From a virus (taxonomy: Duplodnaviria; Caudoviricetes), in IMG/VR virus record IMGVR_UViG_3300017649_000011, positions 1-37,543 of that record: 37,543 bases of DNA; one strand, given 5' to 3'. This document shows positions 5,911 through 15,246 of the stretch, in pieces (within the stretch, counting starts at the first letter, position 1; each line of letters starts with the position of its first letter). A program made the position numbers and the translations under genes. The notes below the pieces were generated by a model. That model did not search any database. It had not been told where the DNA came from and saw only the letters and a program-made list of their open reading frames with translations.

Positions 5911-7008
5911 CTGGACGAACAGCCCAACATCTCCGGCCGGGTCGAATACCTCGACCCCGCAAGCCTCGACGACAACCCGGCGAACTGGAAGTTCCACCCG
6001 CCGGAGCAACTCGAGGTCATCAAGCGCTCGGTCGAGCGGTTCGGGCACCTGAAGCCCCTGGGAACGTACAACGAGCGCACCCGCCGACTCCTCGACGGAC
6101 ACGCTCGGAAGTCGCTCTACGCGGGCAAGGGGCCGGTCCCCGTCTGGGTGGTGGACCTCGCCGAAGAGGACGAGGCCGAGGCCCTCGCCACCCTCGACCC
6201 GTCCGGCTGGTACTCCCTGCCCGACAAGGCCAAGTTCACCGCCTTGCTCGACAAGATCAAGGCGCCGGACGACACCGCCAAGCGGATGCTCGACAGCATC
6301 AAGCGCGCGTCGGTCGATCTCAATCCGCCCGAGGCCGAGCCCGAACGCGAGGGAGACCCCCAAACCGTCGAGATCAGCCTCGATACCATCTGGCCGTCGT
6401 CGAACCCCCTCGACATCGCCGACCTCGACGCGAAGATGTGCGCCGACTCAATCCCGTCCCCGGTCTACACTTGGGGCGCGATCGGCCACACCCGGCACAT
6501 GCCGGGAACCTACCACTTCTACACGCATGACTATAAGTTCGAGCCGCTCTGGAAGAAGCCGGGCAAGGTGAAGCTCTCCGGCTGCTCGGTGGTCGTGGAA
6601 CCCAACTTCTCGACCACCGATCAAACCCCGCTCTGGTACGCGCTGCATCAGGTCGGCCGCAAGCGCTGGATGGGCCGCTACTGGCAGGCGATGGGCCTCA
6701 AACTGTTGGTGGACCTGAATGTCACCCCCTCGCTCAACCAGCCGCGCGAGGAGATCGGCGGGCTACGACCGAACCTGCTGGGAGTGCCCCGAAACTGGCC
6801 TGCTTACGCGAGCCGCGCCCACGGCAACCAGCCGGAAATGCTCAGGGTTGAATACGAAGTCGCCCGCGAACACAGCGGACGCGAAGACCCGCTCTTCCTC
6901 GTCGTCGGCGGGGGCAGGCGCGTGAAGGCCCTGGCCCATGAAGAGGGTTGGGTCTGGGTGCCCGAGCAAGTTGAGACGAGCCTGGGAGGCCGCAAGGAAG
7001 ACGCATGA
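5911..7008 (+). CDS. ParB/Srx-like N-terminal domain fused to a DUF4417-like domain
   Basis: Frame open upstream of the tracked start: NPANWKFHPPEQLEVIKRSVERFG...LLDGHAR (ParB-like); HFYTHDYKFEPLWKKP...VEPNFS (DUF4417-like). Probable CTG start at 5911. Confidence 0.75.
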   Translation: MDEQPNISGRVEYLDPASLDDNPANWKFHPPEQLEVIKRSVERFGHLKPLGTYNERTRRLLDGHARKSLYAGKGPVPVWVVDLAEEDEAEALATLDPSGWYSLPDKAKFTALLDKIKAPDDTAKRMLDSIKRASVDLNPPEAEPEREGDPQTVEISLDTIWPSSNPLDIADLDAKMCADSIPSPVYTWGAIGHTRHMPGTYHFYTHDYKFEPLWKKPGKVKLSGCSVVVEPNFSTTDQTPLWYALHQVGRKRWMGRYWQAMGLKLLVDLNVTPSLNQPREEIGGLRPNLLGVPRNWPAYASRAHGNQPEMLRVEYEVAREHSGREDPLFLVVGGGRRVKALAHEEGWVWVPEQVETSLGGRKEDA

Positions 7009-7325
7009 GCCGACTCACCATAGGCCGCATCACCCCGAGGGGACCGGCCGGAAACATCCCCGCCGGCGGACCACGAGCGCGAACGACCACGCCGAGCCCC
7101 ATCTACCGCGACAAGAAGCGCTACGCGGGCTCAGTCGCCGGTATGCGTGGCCAGCGGCCCTACAGCGTCTCCACCAGCAACGTCCCAAAGGGGCCGCGGG
7201 CCAACCCGTTCGTCTCCGTCCAGCTTGGCCGTCGCTTGTCGTCCGCCACCGCCCCCAAGCCCGCCCCGCGAACCTCGCTGCTCAACCGCGTGGTCGGTCG
7301 GGCGCGGTCGATGTTCGGGCGATGA
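7005..7325 (+). CDS. Arg/Pro-rich basic hypothetical protein
   Basis: ATGA overlap with the upstream gene; AAGGA RBS. Confidence 0.55.
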   Translation: MSRLTIGRITPRGPAGNIPAGGPRARTTTPSPIYRDKKRYAGSVAGMRGQRPYSVSTSNVPKGPRANPFVSVQLGRRLSSATAPKPAPRTSLLNRVVGRARSMFGR

Positions 7326-7352
7326 CTGTTTGTTGCATGGTGTTTGTAATTC

Positions 7353-7937
7353 ATGGCCCGACACAGACCAGACCGAGAAACGACCCTCAAGCGCGAGGCC
7401 GAAGCCTCCAAGCTCCGCAATTGGGGTTGGACCGAGCAGCGCATCGCCGACCACCTGGGCGTCACCCAGCAGGCCGTCAACGCGATGTTCAAGCGGATTG
7501 ACGGCCGCTACCTCAAGCAAATCGCCGAGAACGTTGAGCAGTACAAGGTCAAGGTTGACGGCCAACTCGGCTATATCATCGAGGAGATGGGCGACGCCTG
7601 GCGCCAGTCCAAGGAACCCCAGCGCAAGGTCAGGCAGACGACCGACGCCGATGGAAACGAAGTCACGGTCACTGAACTGATCGAGCGAGAAGGCAACGTC
7701 GTCTTTGTCGATCGGCTCCTGGAGGCGCAAGACCGCCGCATGAAGCTATGGGGCCTCAACGTCAACGCGGCCGATCAAGAGATCAGCGCTTCGGTCGCCT
7801 CATTGGCCGCCTCAATGGCCGCGCGAGACGCCGCTTATGAGTCGCGCCAAGCTCAAGCGGGGCATCCCGAAAGCCCTCCTCCCGCAACTGGAAGCCCAGC
7901 TGGCGAAGTGCAAGACCGACCCGGCCCGGTTCAATGA
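7353..7937 (+). CDS. terS: Terminase small subunit (HTH)
   Basis: GWTEQRIADHLGVTQQAV HTH, helical oligomerisation region, RRMKLWGL; immediately upstream of terL. Confidence 0.75.
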   Translation: MARHRPDRETTLKREAEASKLRNWGWTEQRIADHLGVTQQAVNAMFKRIDGRYLKQIAENVEQYKVKVDGQLGYIIEEMGDAWRQSKEPQRKVRQTTDADGNEVTVTELIEREGNVVFVDRLLEAQDRRMKLWGLNVNAADQEISASVASLAASMAARDAAYESRQAQAGHPESPPPATGSPAGEVQDRPGPVQ

Positions 7938-9267
7938 GACCATCCTGTGTCGCGGCCCCTACTGGCAAAAACAGAGGGAAATATGTGAATCCGTAGTCAA
8001 ATACCCGATCACCTGCGTCAAGACCGGCAACGGCGTCGGCAAGTCGTTCGTGGACTCCGGCATCGCCTGGTGGTTCGGCACGCTCCACGTTGACAGCATC
8101 ACCGTCATCGCCGCGCCCACCCAAGCCCAGCTTTCGAGCGTGCTTTGGTCGGAGATGATGACCGCGAAGAAGCTCGCCGAGTCGAACGGCATCGACCTCG
8201 GCGCGAAGGTTCGCGGGCTCACCGCCGAATTCGGACCCAAGTGGCGAATCGAGGGTTTTGGATCGGGCTCGGTGGAGTCCAAGTCGGGCCGCCACGCCGA
8301 GCACCTGATGGCGCTGATCGACGAGGCTTCGGGCGTCGAGGCCAACGTCCACGAGGCCATTGACTCGCTCAACCCGTCGCGGCGGCTCTATACCGGCAAC
8401 CCGATCCGCGCGGAGGGCAAGTTCTTCGAGCTCTGCGAGTCCGCGGGCCGCAACCCCAACGTCAACGTCATCGAGATCAGCAGTCTCGACAGCCCCCACG
8501 CCCACCTTGAACGCTCGCCGTTCGGGTTGGCCGACAAGGGGTTCCTCGACAACGCCCGCTACGAGTATGGCGAAGACAGCGTATGGTGGCTTGTCCACAT
8601 CCTGGGCAAGTTCCCCACCGAGCTACAGCAGGTTCTCTTGCCCGCCGACTGGATCAGGCTCGCTGGCGAAACGGTTCACAACCAGCTTGGCCGCCGCCGC
8701 ATGGCGGTGGACATCGCCAAGGGCAACGACGGCGATCCGAGCGGCATCCTGGTTCGCGACGATCGCGGCGTTCTCAGCTATGAGGAGAGCCGCAAGTGGT
8801 CCATCGAGCAACTCGCCGAGCATTGCAAGCGGACGGCCCTGAACTACGGAGTTGAGCCCTCGGCCATCGTCTATGACGCGACCGGCATTGGCGCCGACTT
8901 CGGCAACCGGCTGGCGAGCCTGGGGATGGTGGGCGGCAAGGACTACATGGGCTCGCGCGACGGCGGCGAGAAGTACGTCAACCTCCGCTCGCGAGCGGGC
9001 TGGGAGTTCAGACGACGCCTCGACCCGGCCCGCGTGCTGCCGACATCGCAAGAGCACGGCCCCAAGCTGTTCGTTCCCCAACCGCCGTTCTCGATCCCCC
9101 AAAGCCTCATCAATCAGCACCGGGCCGAACTCTCTGGCTGCCGCTACGAGCTTGACCCCGCCGGACGCATCCAGATCGAGCCGAAGGAGCTTTTCATCGC
9201 GCGGCTGCGGAAGTCGCCGACCTTCCTTGACTGCCTCTTCATGAGCTTCGCATACCCGCACCTATAA
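7837..9267 (+). CDS. terL: Terminase large subunit
   Basis: YWQKQ adenine motif, Walker A GNGVGKS, Walker B ALIDEA, TGNP coupling motif, nuclease VDIAKGND...YDATGIG...SPTFLD. Confidence 0.95.
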   Translation: MSRAKLKRGIPKALLPQLEAQLAKCKTDPARFNETILCRGPYWQKQREICESVVKYPITCVKTGNGVGKSFVDSGIAWWFGTLHVDSITVIAAPTQAQLSSVLWSEMMTAKKLAESNGIDLGAKVRGLTAEFGPKWRIEGFGSGSVESKSGRHAEHLMALIDEASGVEANVHEAIDSLNPSRRLYTGNPIRAEGKFFELCESAGRNPNVNVIEISSLDSPHAHLERSPFGLADKGFLDNARYEYGEDSVWWLVHILGKFPTELQQVLLPADWIRLAGETVHNQLGRRRMAVDIAKGNDGDPSGILVRDDRGVLSYEESRKWSIEQLAEHCKRTALNYGVEPSAIVYDATGIGADFGNRLASLGMVGGKDYMGSRDGGEKYVNLRSRAGWEFRRRLDPARVLPTSQEHGPKLFVPQPPFSIPQSLINQHRAELSGCRYELDPAGRIQIEPKELFIARLRKSPTFLDCLFMSFAYPHL

Positions 9268-9271
9268 TCCA

Positions 9272-10825
9272 GTGCCCATCGACTACAAAAAGATTGTGGA
9301 GGAGGTCGAAGCGGGCCTCCCCAACTCCCGCAAAGAGCGCGACGACGCGGCGAAGAACGCGGACTTCCACGCGATCAACTTCGACCGCTGGCCGGTCAAG
9401 CACCGCGACGGTCGCTATCAGACCGACGCGGTGCCGCACCCCTCGGCGGTCTTCCGACGCATCTGCGACGTGCTTTGCGGCAACCTCTACAAGCACGAGC
9501 CAACCCGCGTGCTCGCCGATGAGGTCGCGTCCGAGTTCGTCGCCAAAATCTACAAGCGCCAGCGGATGCGGGCGCGGTGGAAGCGGGCCGACGCGCTCAC
9601 CCTCGTGGGCGGCGTGCAGGCGTTCCAGTTCGCGGGGGGCGAGTCGCCGGAAGACCCGGTAACGATCAACCAGTGGGGCCGCCACGAGTTCCAAGTGTGG
9701 ACCGACCCCGACGACGCGCTCAAAGTCGAGGCCGTCGCGACGATCGACAAGCACAACGGCGGGGGACGGCTGCGGCTCTGGACCCGCGAGAGCGTCACCA
9801 CCTTCGAGCGCCGCAAGGGCGTGGAGCACGAGGCGTTCGGCGAGGCCACCTGGCAAAAGCCGAGGAAGCGGGACAACCCCTATCGCCGCGTGGTCACGAC
9901 CTACAACGGCGAAGAGGAGGAGGGCATCATTCCCTTCTCATTCGCCCACTGGGATTTCCCCTGCCAGACGTTCGAGACGAGCAGCCCCGGCGACTTGCTC
10001 ACCGCGTTCAACGAGCACGTCAACCGGCGGTTGTACAAGCTCGGGGACGCGATCGAGTACCAGAGCGAGCCGCTCGCCTGGGGCAAGGGCCTGCCCGCGT
10101 CGTTCAAGTGGCCCGCGAAGATCAAGCCCGGCGACTTCATCGACCTGGCGAGTGACGCCGATGTCGTCGGCAACGACCCGAGCGGCGGCGCTGATCTCGG
10201 GTTCCTGGTGCCGCCGACCGAGCACATCACGATCAACTGGCAGGAGCTAAACAGCCGTCTCGACCACCTGCTTGAGATGCTCGGCGTTCCGCAATCGGCC
10301 ATCCGCATGGTGCAGTCGGGCGCCGCCTCGGGAATCGCGATCCAGACCGAGCAGCTCCCGCTCATCACCTGGGCCGAGGGCCGCCAAGGCGACTGGCAGA
10401 GCTACGAAGAGGACGCCGCGCGGATGTGCCTCTTGATCGCCGAGGCCCACGCGCGAGCCCAAGGGGCCGCCAGCGAGGCCGACAAGATCAAGCGGATGCT
10501 GGATCCGTGGGAGTTCTCGCTCCGATGGCCGAAACTCTACACCCAGCTTCCAGGCCCCGAACGGGACCGCGCCGACGGCTGGCGGTTGGAGCAGGGCATC
10601 GCGAGCAAGGTCACGATCCTCATGGAGCGAGAAGGATTCACCGAGGATGAGGCGTTCGCCTACCTCGAGCGCCTTCAGAAGCAGAACCGGCGGCTTGAGG
10701 CGATGGGCATCGAGGCCCGCCCGCCCAAGCCGCAATTCGGAGGCTTCGGCCAAGACCAACAAAACCAGCGGTTCCCGGACACCGAGTTCGGCGAGGAACG
10801 CCAGCCATCGGAGCAACAGGGGTAA
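9272..10825 (+). CDS. Portal protein (SPP1 gp6-like)
   Basis: 517 aa directly after terL; GIIPF and ASGIAI motifs typical of SPP1-type portals. Confidence 0.85.
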   Translation: MPIDYKKIVEEVEAGLPNSRKERDDAAKNADFHAINFDRWPVKHRDGRYQTDAVPHPSAVFRRICDVLCGNLYKHEPTRVLADEVASEFVAKIYKRQRMRARWKRADALTLVGGVQAFQFAGGESPEDPVTINQWGRHEFQVWTDPDDALKVEAVATIDKHNGGGRLRLWTRESVTTFERRKGVEHEAFGEATWQKPRKRDNPYRRVVTTYNGEEEEGIIPFSFAHWDFPCQTFETSSPGDLLTAFNEHVNRRLYKLGDAIEYQSEPLAWGKGLPASFKWPAKIKPGDFIDLASDADVVGNDPSGGADLGFLVPPTEHITINWQELNSRLDHLLEMLGVPQSAIRMVQSGAASGIAIQTEQLPLITWAEGRQGDWQSYEEDAARMCLLIAEAHARAQGAASEADKIKRMLDPWEFSLRWPKLYTQLPGPERDRADGWRLEQGIASKVTILMEREGFTEDEAFAYLERLQKQNRRLEAMGIEARPPKPQFGGFGQDQQNQRFPDTEFGEERQPSEQQG

Positions 10826-10828
10826 TCC

Positions 10829-11287
10829 ATGATGCCATATCGACACCTTGATTACCCCATCGTTTGGACGGGTGGCCTGATCGCGTCGATGGGCTCCGTC
10901 TTCGGGGTCATCACTCAGGACAACGCGCTCGCCTTCGCCGCCGCCATCGTCTCCGTCTCCGCCGTGCTCTCGCAACCAGCCTTCAATATGTTCAAGAAAT
11001 ACCGCGAAGCCGCCCGCGCCGAAGACGCCAAGGATCGGGACGCCGACCTAGCCGCGTTCGCCGAAGAGGTCCGCAAGCGCGTCGAGCTTGAAGCCGAAGT
11101 AGCCCGCCAGCGCGCCGAAATCGAGCGGTTGCAGGGTGAGTTGTCGCAACTCCGCAAGGCCACCCGCGCCGTCAACCACAAGGTGGAGGACGTCAAGGCC
11201 ACCGTCGAGCGCGTCGAGCAGGCCGAACGCATCCGCTCCTCCGACTCCATCGACTCCCTGCCCCCCGTCAAGGACAACCCCAAGTGA
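10829..11287 (+). CDS. Two-TM membrane protein with C-terminal coiled coil (holin-like)
   Basis: Two N-terminal hydrophobic spans and a long charged heptad region; first gene of a coupled four-gene cassette. Confidence 0.55.
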   Translation: MMPYRHLDYPIVWTGGLIASMGSVFGVITQDNALAFAAAIVSVSAVLSQPAFNMFKKYREAARAEDAKDRDADLAAFAEEVRKRVELEAEVARQRAEIERLQGELSQLRKATRAVNHKVEDVKATVERVEQAERIRSSDSIDSLPPVKDNPK

Positions 11288-11823
11288 GGCCACTTCGCCT
11301 GTTCATCGCCCTGGCCGTCCTCGCCGCCCCCGCGCTGGCGAGCGACGGCTACGTGATCGGCCCTCCCGGCGCGTACACCGTGCAGACGCCGGGGACCACC
11401 AAAGTCGAGCGGGGCGACGGCTGGATCAAGATCAGTTGGTCCAATGACCCCGCGCCGCCGCCGGGACCGACTCCCGAGCCGCCGCCCAATCCAACCCCGC
11501 CGCCCGCGCCGGTCGCGACGGGCAAGCTCTACGTCTCGCTCGTGTACGACTACAAGACCGAGACCCAAGAGCAAGCCGCCGCCCGCGCCGACATGGCCAC
11601 CAGCGATGCGTGGGGGCCGCTGGACGCGACGTTCCGCGCCTACTCGGCGCAGCAGGAGGAGATCGACAAGCTCAACCTCCGTTCGTCGCTGGCCGAACTG
11701 CCGTGCCTCGTGATCCAGGAGCTTAAGCCCGATGGCAAGACCGCGCCGGTCGTCAAGGTGATCCCGGCCGCCGACGCCAAGGCCGCCATCGAAGCCGTCA
11801 AGGCGCTGCGAGGGACCAAATGA
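11284..11823 (+). CDS. Secreted protein with Pro-rich linker and small alpha/beta C-terminal domain
   Basis: Signal peptide MRPLRLFIALAVLAAPALA; PAPPPGPTPEPPPNPTPPP linker; GTGA/ATGA overlaps. Confidence 0.7.
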   Translation: MRPLRLFIALAVLAAPALASDGYVIGPPGAYTVQTPGTTKVERGDGWIKISWSNDPAPPPGPTPEPPPNPTPPPAPVATGKLYVSLVYDYKTETQEQAAARADMATSDAWGPLDATFRAYSAQQEEIDKLNLRSSLAELPCLVIQELKPDGKTAPVVKVIPAADAKAAIEAVKALRGTK

Positions 11824-12599
11824 GCATCGGCACCGAATCCATCATCACGCCAGACGGCCACAAGCGGATCCTCAATCTTGAGCCGTCGCCTCCCGAGTTG
11901 GTCGCGACGGTCCAGGGCCCGCCGATGGCGCCCATCCCGCTGTCCGAGGTCAAGCCCTTCGACCTGTGGCCGGGGATGGTCAAGATCAAGGACCAAAACG
12001 GCTACGGCAGCTGTAACGGCATGGCGTCGGCCACCGCCGCCGAATTCAGCCGCGCCATGGCCGGGCACTACGTCCCGCTCTCCGCGTGGTGGGTCTACGG
12101 TCGGCTCGTCATGGGCCGAGACCGTGGAAGCAACATCCTCGAAGCGCTCAAGCTGATCCAAACCGAGGGCATCGCCCCCGAGCCGATGGTGAAGTACGGC
12201 GACTTCTCCGGCCGCTACTCGGCCGAAGTGGTCGAGGCCGCCAAGGGCTTCAAGGTCGAAATCGCCAACAAGCTGACGACGTGGGAGGAGATCGTAACCG
12301 CCGTCGCCATGCGGAGGGCCGTCAACCTCTCCGTCCGCGCCACCAGCGGATGGGGCCGACTTGACGCCAACGGACGCCCGCCCGTTGGGCGCGGCCCCGG
12401 CAACCACGCCGTGATGGTGGGGGGCGGCATCAAGCGTCTCCCCAACGGCGAACTCGCCGTCCGCATGGCCAACAGTTGGTCAACCCAATGGGGGCTCGAC
12501 GGCTTCTGTTGGTTGACCCGGGCCCACATCGAATCCGCCTCGTGGTTCGAGGCTTACGAGACCGTCGCGTCCATCGACACCGGCGGCGTCGCCGCCTGA
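11820..12599 (+). CDS. Papain-family (C1) cysteine peptidase
   Basis: KDQNGYGSC (oxyanion Gln, catalytic Cys), GNHAVMVGG (His), NSWSTQWGLDGF (Asn). Confidence 0.92.
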   Translation: MSIGTESIITPDGHKRILNLEPSPPELVATVQGPPMAPIPLSEVKPFDLWPGMVKIKDQNGYGSCNGMASATAAEFSRAMAGHYVPLSAWWVYGRLVMGRDRGSNILEALKLIQTEGIAPEPMVKYGDFSGRYSAEVVEAAKGFKVEIANKLTTWEEIVTAVAMRRAVNLSVRATSGWGRLDANGRPPVGRGPGNHAVMVGGGIKRLPNGELAVRMANSWSTQWGLDGFCWLTRAHIESASWFEAYETVASIDTGGVAA

Positions 12600-12610
12600 A
12601 AGGAGCACGC

Positions 12611-12958
12611 ATGAGCGTTTGCGAATACCCGACCGAGTTCCCCGCCGACGCCGCCATCAACATCGGCAAGGCGATTATGTCCAAGTCGTTCTCGCGAGCC
12701 AACGCCAGGGACGCATGGTGCCTGCAAGGCTACCTACAGGGCCAGTTGTTCGGCGACGGCCCCGCCCCCAAGCCGGTCTTCGGGGAGGCCGTGGCGTTCG
12801 ACGACGATGCGATTGGCTCATTGCTCGTCCAGGCGGGCGTGGAGCACGAGGCCCGCAACGTCGCTTTCGGCGTCGGTGAGGGCGCGACCGACCCCAAGGC
12901 CCTGCCGATCAAGCCCATCCTCAAGCTGCTCGCCAAGCTGCTTTTGACGCTGCTGTGA
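12611..12958 (+). CDS. Hypothetical protein with cationic amphipathic C-terminal helix
   Basis: AAGGAG RBS, ATG 12611; ends IKPILKLLAKLLLTLL. Confidence 0.7.
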   Translation: MSVCEYPTEFPADAAINIGKAIMSKSFSRANARDAWCLQGYLQGQLFGDGPAPKPVFGEAVAFDDDAIGSLLVQAGVEHEARNVAFGVGEGATDPKALPIKPILKLLAKLLLTLL

Positions 12959-13003
12959 GCCCAACCGTCAAGTAATTCTTGTTAGTTCGAGACCCACACC
13001 GAC

Positions 13004-14431
13004 ATGGCCAAATCACGATCAACCCCGAAAGCCGGTGGCGGCAAGCCCCGCGCTCCCGGCGTCGGCAAGCGGAGCAAGACCGGCGATCCCGCGTGTTCCG
13101 AGGCCATGTCGATGTGGGTCCGCGCCCGCCACGCGGGAATCGCCGTCGCCTCCTCCGTCTTCGCCACGCTGGGGAAGTGTCGGTCCCTGGCGCGGCAGAA
13201 GAAGATGGCCCAGGGCCACGAGAACGCGGGCAACGACCTTAAGGCCCAGACGATCCGCCATCGACTATCCAAGGGGCTGGACGCGCCGATCACCCAAGCG
13301 GACCGCAAGGCCGCCGCCAAGGCCAAGCGGATCGAACTGGAGGCGAAGCGAGCCGCGCGGGCCAAGGGCGCGGCCAAGACCTCGCTTCGAGAGCAGGCCG
13401 CCGCGCATCGCGCCGCCAAGGGACTGACGCCTGAAGATCGAATGGCGCTGGCGAACTGGAAGCGACGCGACCTCGACCAACGCCGGGTGGAGCGAATCCG
13501 AAGGCTGCCTCCCGACGTTGGGGCCAAAGTCATGGCCGACAAGGCGCGGCGGGATTCCGCGGACCAGGTTGCTCGCGAAAAGGCCAACGCCCGCTGGGCG
13601 GACGCGAGCATGAAGAGTATTGACGCCAAGGCCCGCGACCGAGCCGCCGTCAAGCAGATCGACAAGGCCCTCGCCCGCCACGACCTGACCGACGCCGAGC
13701 GCCGCGTCATGGAGCGGCAGCGGGCCGAGCACGCCGCCAAGGCGGGGTTGCCGACGCGATCCGAGCCGAAGCGTCCGGCCCTGCCCGATAGCTCGAAGAT
13801 CAACATCAGGGCTCTCTCTCGCTATTACGCCGATCGAGCCGGGGCCCTCAACGCCGAGCGGCAACGTCGCTTTGACGAGGGTGTCGCCCGCGTGGCCAAG
13901 CAAGTGAGGGAGTCGCCCAACCCCGAGGCTCCCGGCGGCAAGGCTCCCGTCAACCGCGTGGCCGCCATCATGGCCCGATCCAAGGCCGCCGCCGCCAAAG
14001 GGGCGGCCGTCAAGGCGAAGGCCGGCAAGCTGCCTTATGAGCGGATGGCCGACGAAATGGAGCGGATGTCGCACCACACTCCGGCGATGGGTCCGGAGCG
14101 CGTCCGCATCGCCGACCTTCGCGCCAAGTTCCCCGGCATGTCCAAGGAGGAATTCGAACGCAACCTACGCCGCGTGGAGGCCACCGGGCGGGCGTCGATG
14201 TACAAGCTCGACAACCCCCAGGAAGTGACCGACCGCGACCGCGCCAACGCCCTCAAGACGCCCTTGGGCGACGAGCGCCACATCTTCTACGCGGGCGGCC
14301 GAGCCTCCGGCCGATCCAGCGTCAAGGAGCGTCGCGAGATCCACGCCGAGGCTCTCGCCGAGGAACGAGCCAAGGGTGGGGCGAAGCAAACCGCGAAGGC
14401 CAGGGCCAAGAGCAAGGCCAAGAAGAGGTAG
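13004..14431 (+). CDS. Highly basic Ala/Arg/Lys-rich protein (possible internal virion or DNA-binding protein)
   Basis: 475 aa with strong basic bias and a compact C-terminal domain (IADLRAKFP...ERHIFY); head-module position. Confidence 0.6.
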   Translation: MAKSRSTPKAGGGKPRAPGVGKRSKTGDPACSEAMSMWVRARHAGIAVASSVFATLGKCRSLARQKKMAQGHENAGNDLKAQTIRHRLSKGLDAPITQADRKAAAKAKRIELEAKRAARAKGAAKTSLREQAAAHRAAKGLTPEDRMALANWKRRDLDQRRVERIRRLPPDVGAKVMADKARRDSADQVAREKANARWADASMKSIDAKARDRAAVKQIDKALARHDLTDAERRVMERQRAEHAAKAGLPTRSEPKRPALPDSSKINIRALSRYYADRAGALNAERQRRFDEGVARVAKQVRESPNPEAPGGKAPVNRVAAIMARSKAAAAKGAAVKAKAGKLPYERMADEMERMSHHTPAMGPERVRIADLRAKFPGMSKEEFERNLRRVEATGRASMYKLDNPQEVTDRDRANALKTPLGDERHIFYAGGRASGRSSVKERREIHAEALAEERAKGGAKQTAKARAKSKAKKR

Positions 14432-14433
14432 CC

Positions 14434-15084
14434 ATGCCCGACGAAACCCCACCCGCCGAACCCGACGCCACGCCGTGCGCCACCTGCGCCGGCAAGGCGA
14501 AGTCCAAACCCAAAGAGGAAGACATGTCCGACACCGTGACCGTCAGTAAGGCCGAGTACGATCGTCTCCGCACCGATTACGAGCAGACGCTCGACGCGCT
14601 CGGCGAGGCCCTCACCGAGATCGACGACTTTAAGGCGAAGCTCTCCGAAGCGGGAACCAAGCTCACCGAGGCCAAGGCTGGTTCCAACCGCGTGGCCGAA
14701 CTGGAGGCCAAGCTTCGCCAGGCCACTCACGCCAAGGCGTTCGCCAAGCTGGCCGACGAACTCGGCATCCCCGAGGATCTCCGCGACGACGTGTTCAAGG
14801 TCTCCGGCTACGAGGCCAAGGGCGACGAGCCCGACGAGAAGGCGATGCGCGAGCACTTCGCCAAGTACGTCGAATCGCGACCCTCGCTCGTCTCGAAGGG
14901 CAAGGCCAAGGAGGAGCCGACCCGCTACGCCAAGGGCGAGGGAGCCTCGCGGGGCTCCGTGGACGACGGAAAGAGCGACAAGAAGCAGGTCACGCGAGCC
15001 CAACTGATGGACGCCGACTGGACCGAGGCCAACGCCAAGCTCCTCTCCGACGTGAACGCCTACGAGATCGTGGACGCCGCCTGA
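14434..15084 (+). CDS. Capsid scaffolding protein
   Basis: Acidic coiled-coil protein directly upstream of the capsid gene. Confidence 0.7.
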   Translation: MPDETPPAEPDATPCATCAGKAKSKPKEEDMSDTVTVSKAEYDRLRTDYEQTLDALGEALTEIDDFKAKLSEAGTKLTEAKAGSNRVAELEAKLRQATHAKAFAKLADELGIPEDLRDDVFKVSGYEAKGDEPDEKAMREHFAKYVESRPSLVSKGKAKEEPTRYAKGEGASRGSVDDGKSDKKQVTRAQLMDADWTEANAKLLSDVNAYEIVDAA

Positions 15085-15112
15085 CGATCGAACGTCTCAT
15101 CCCCCCACTTCC

Positions 15113-15190
15113 GGCCCGGCTCCCTCCGGGCCAGCCTCGACGCCTTGAACAATCCGACTCCCCTCCGACCCGGCTCCCTCCGGGTTTTTT
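15113..15190 (+). terminator. Twin hairpins sharing CCCGGCTCCCTCCGGG; the second has a U-tract
   Basis: GGCCCGG-CTCCCT-CCGGGCC (15113-15132) and ACCCGG-CTCCCT-CCGGGT-TTTTT (15168-15190). Confidence 0.65.
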
Positions 15191-15246
15191 CATGCGCCGT
15201 CCCCGGCGCCATCGCGGCGCCCGCCGCGTGAAAGGACGACCACGCC

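Noticed and set aside
7837-7937. Programmed frameshift in the 101-nt terS/terL overlap
   Set aside because: terS/terL overlaps are common, terL has its own ATG, and no clear slippery heptamer was seen.
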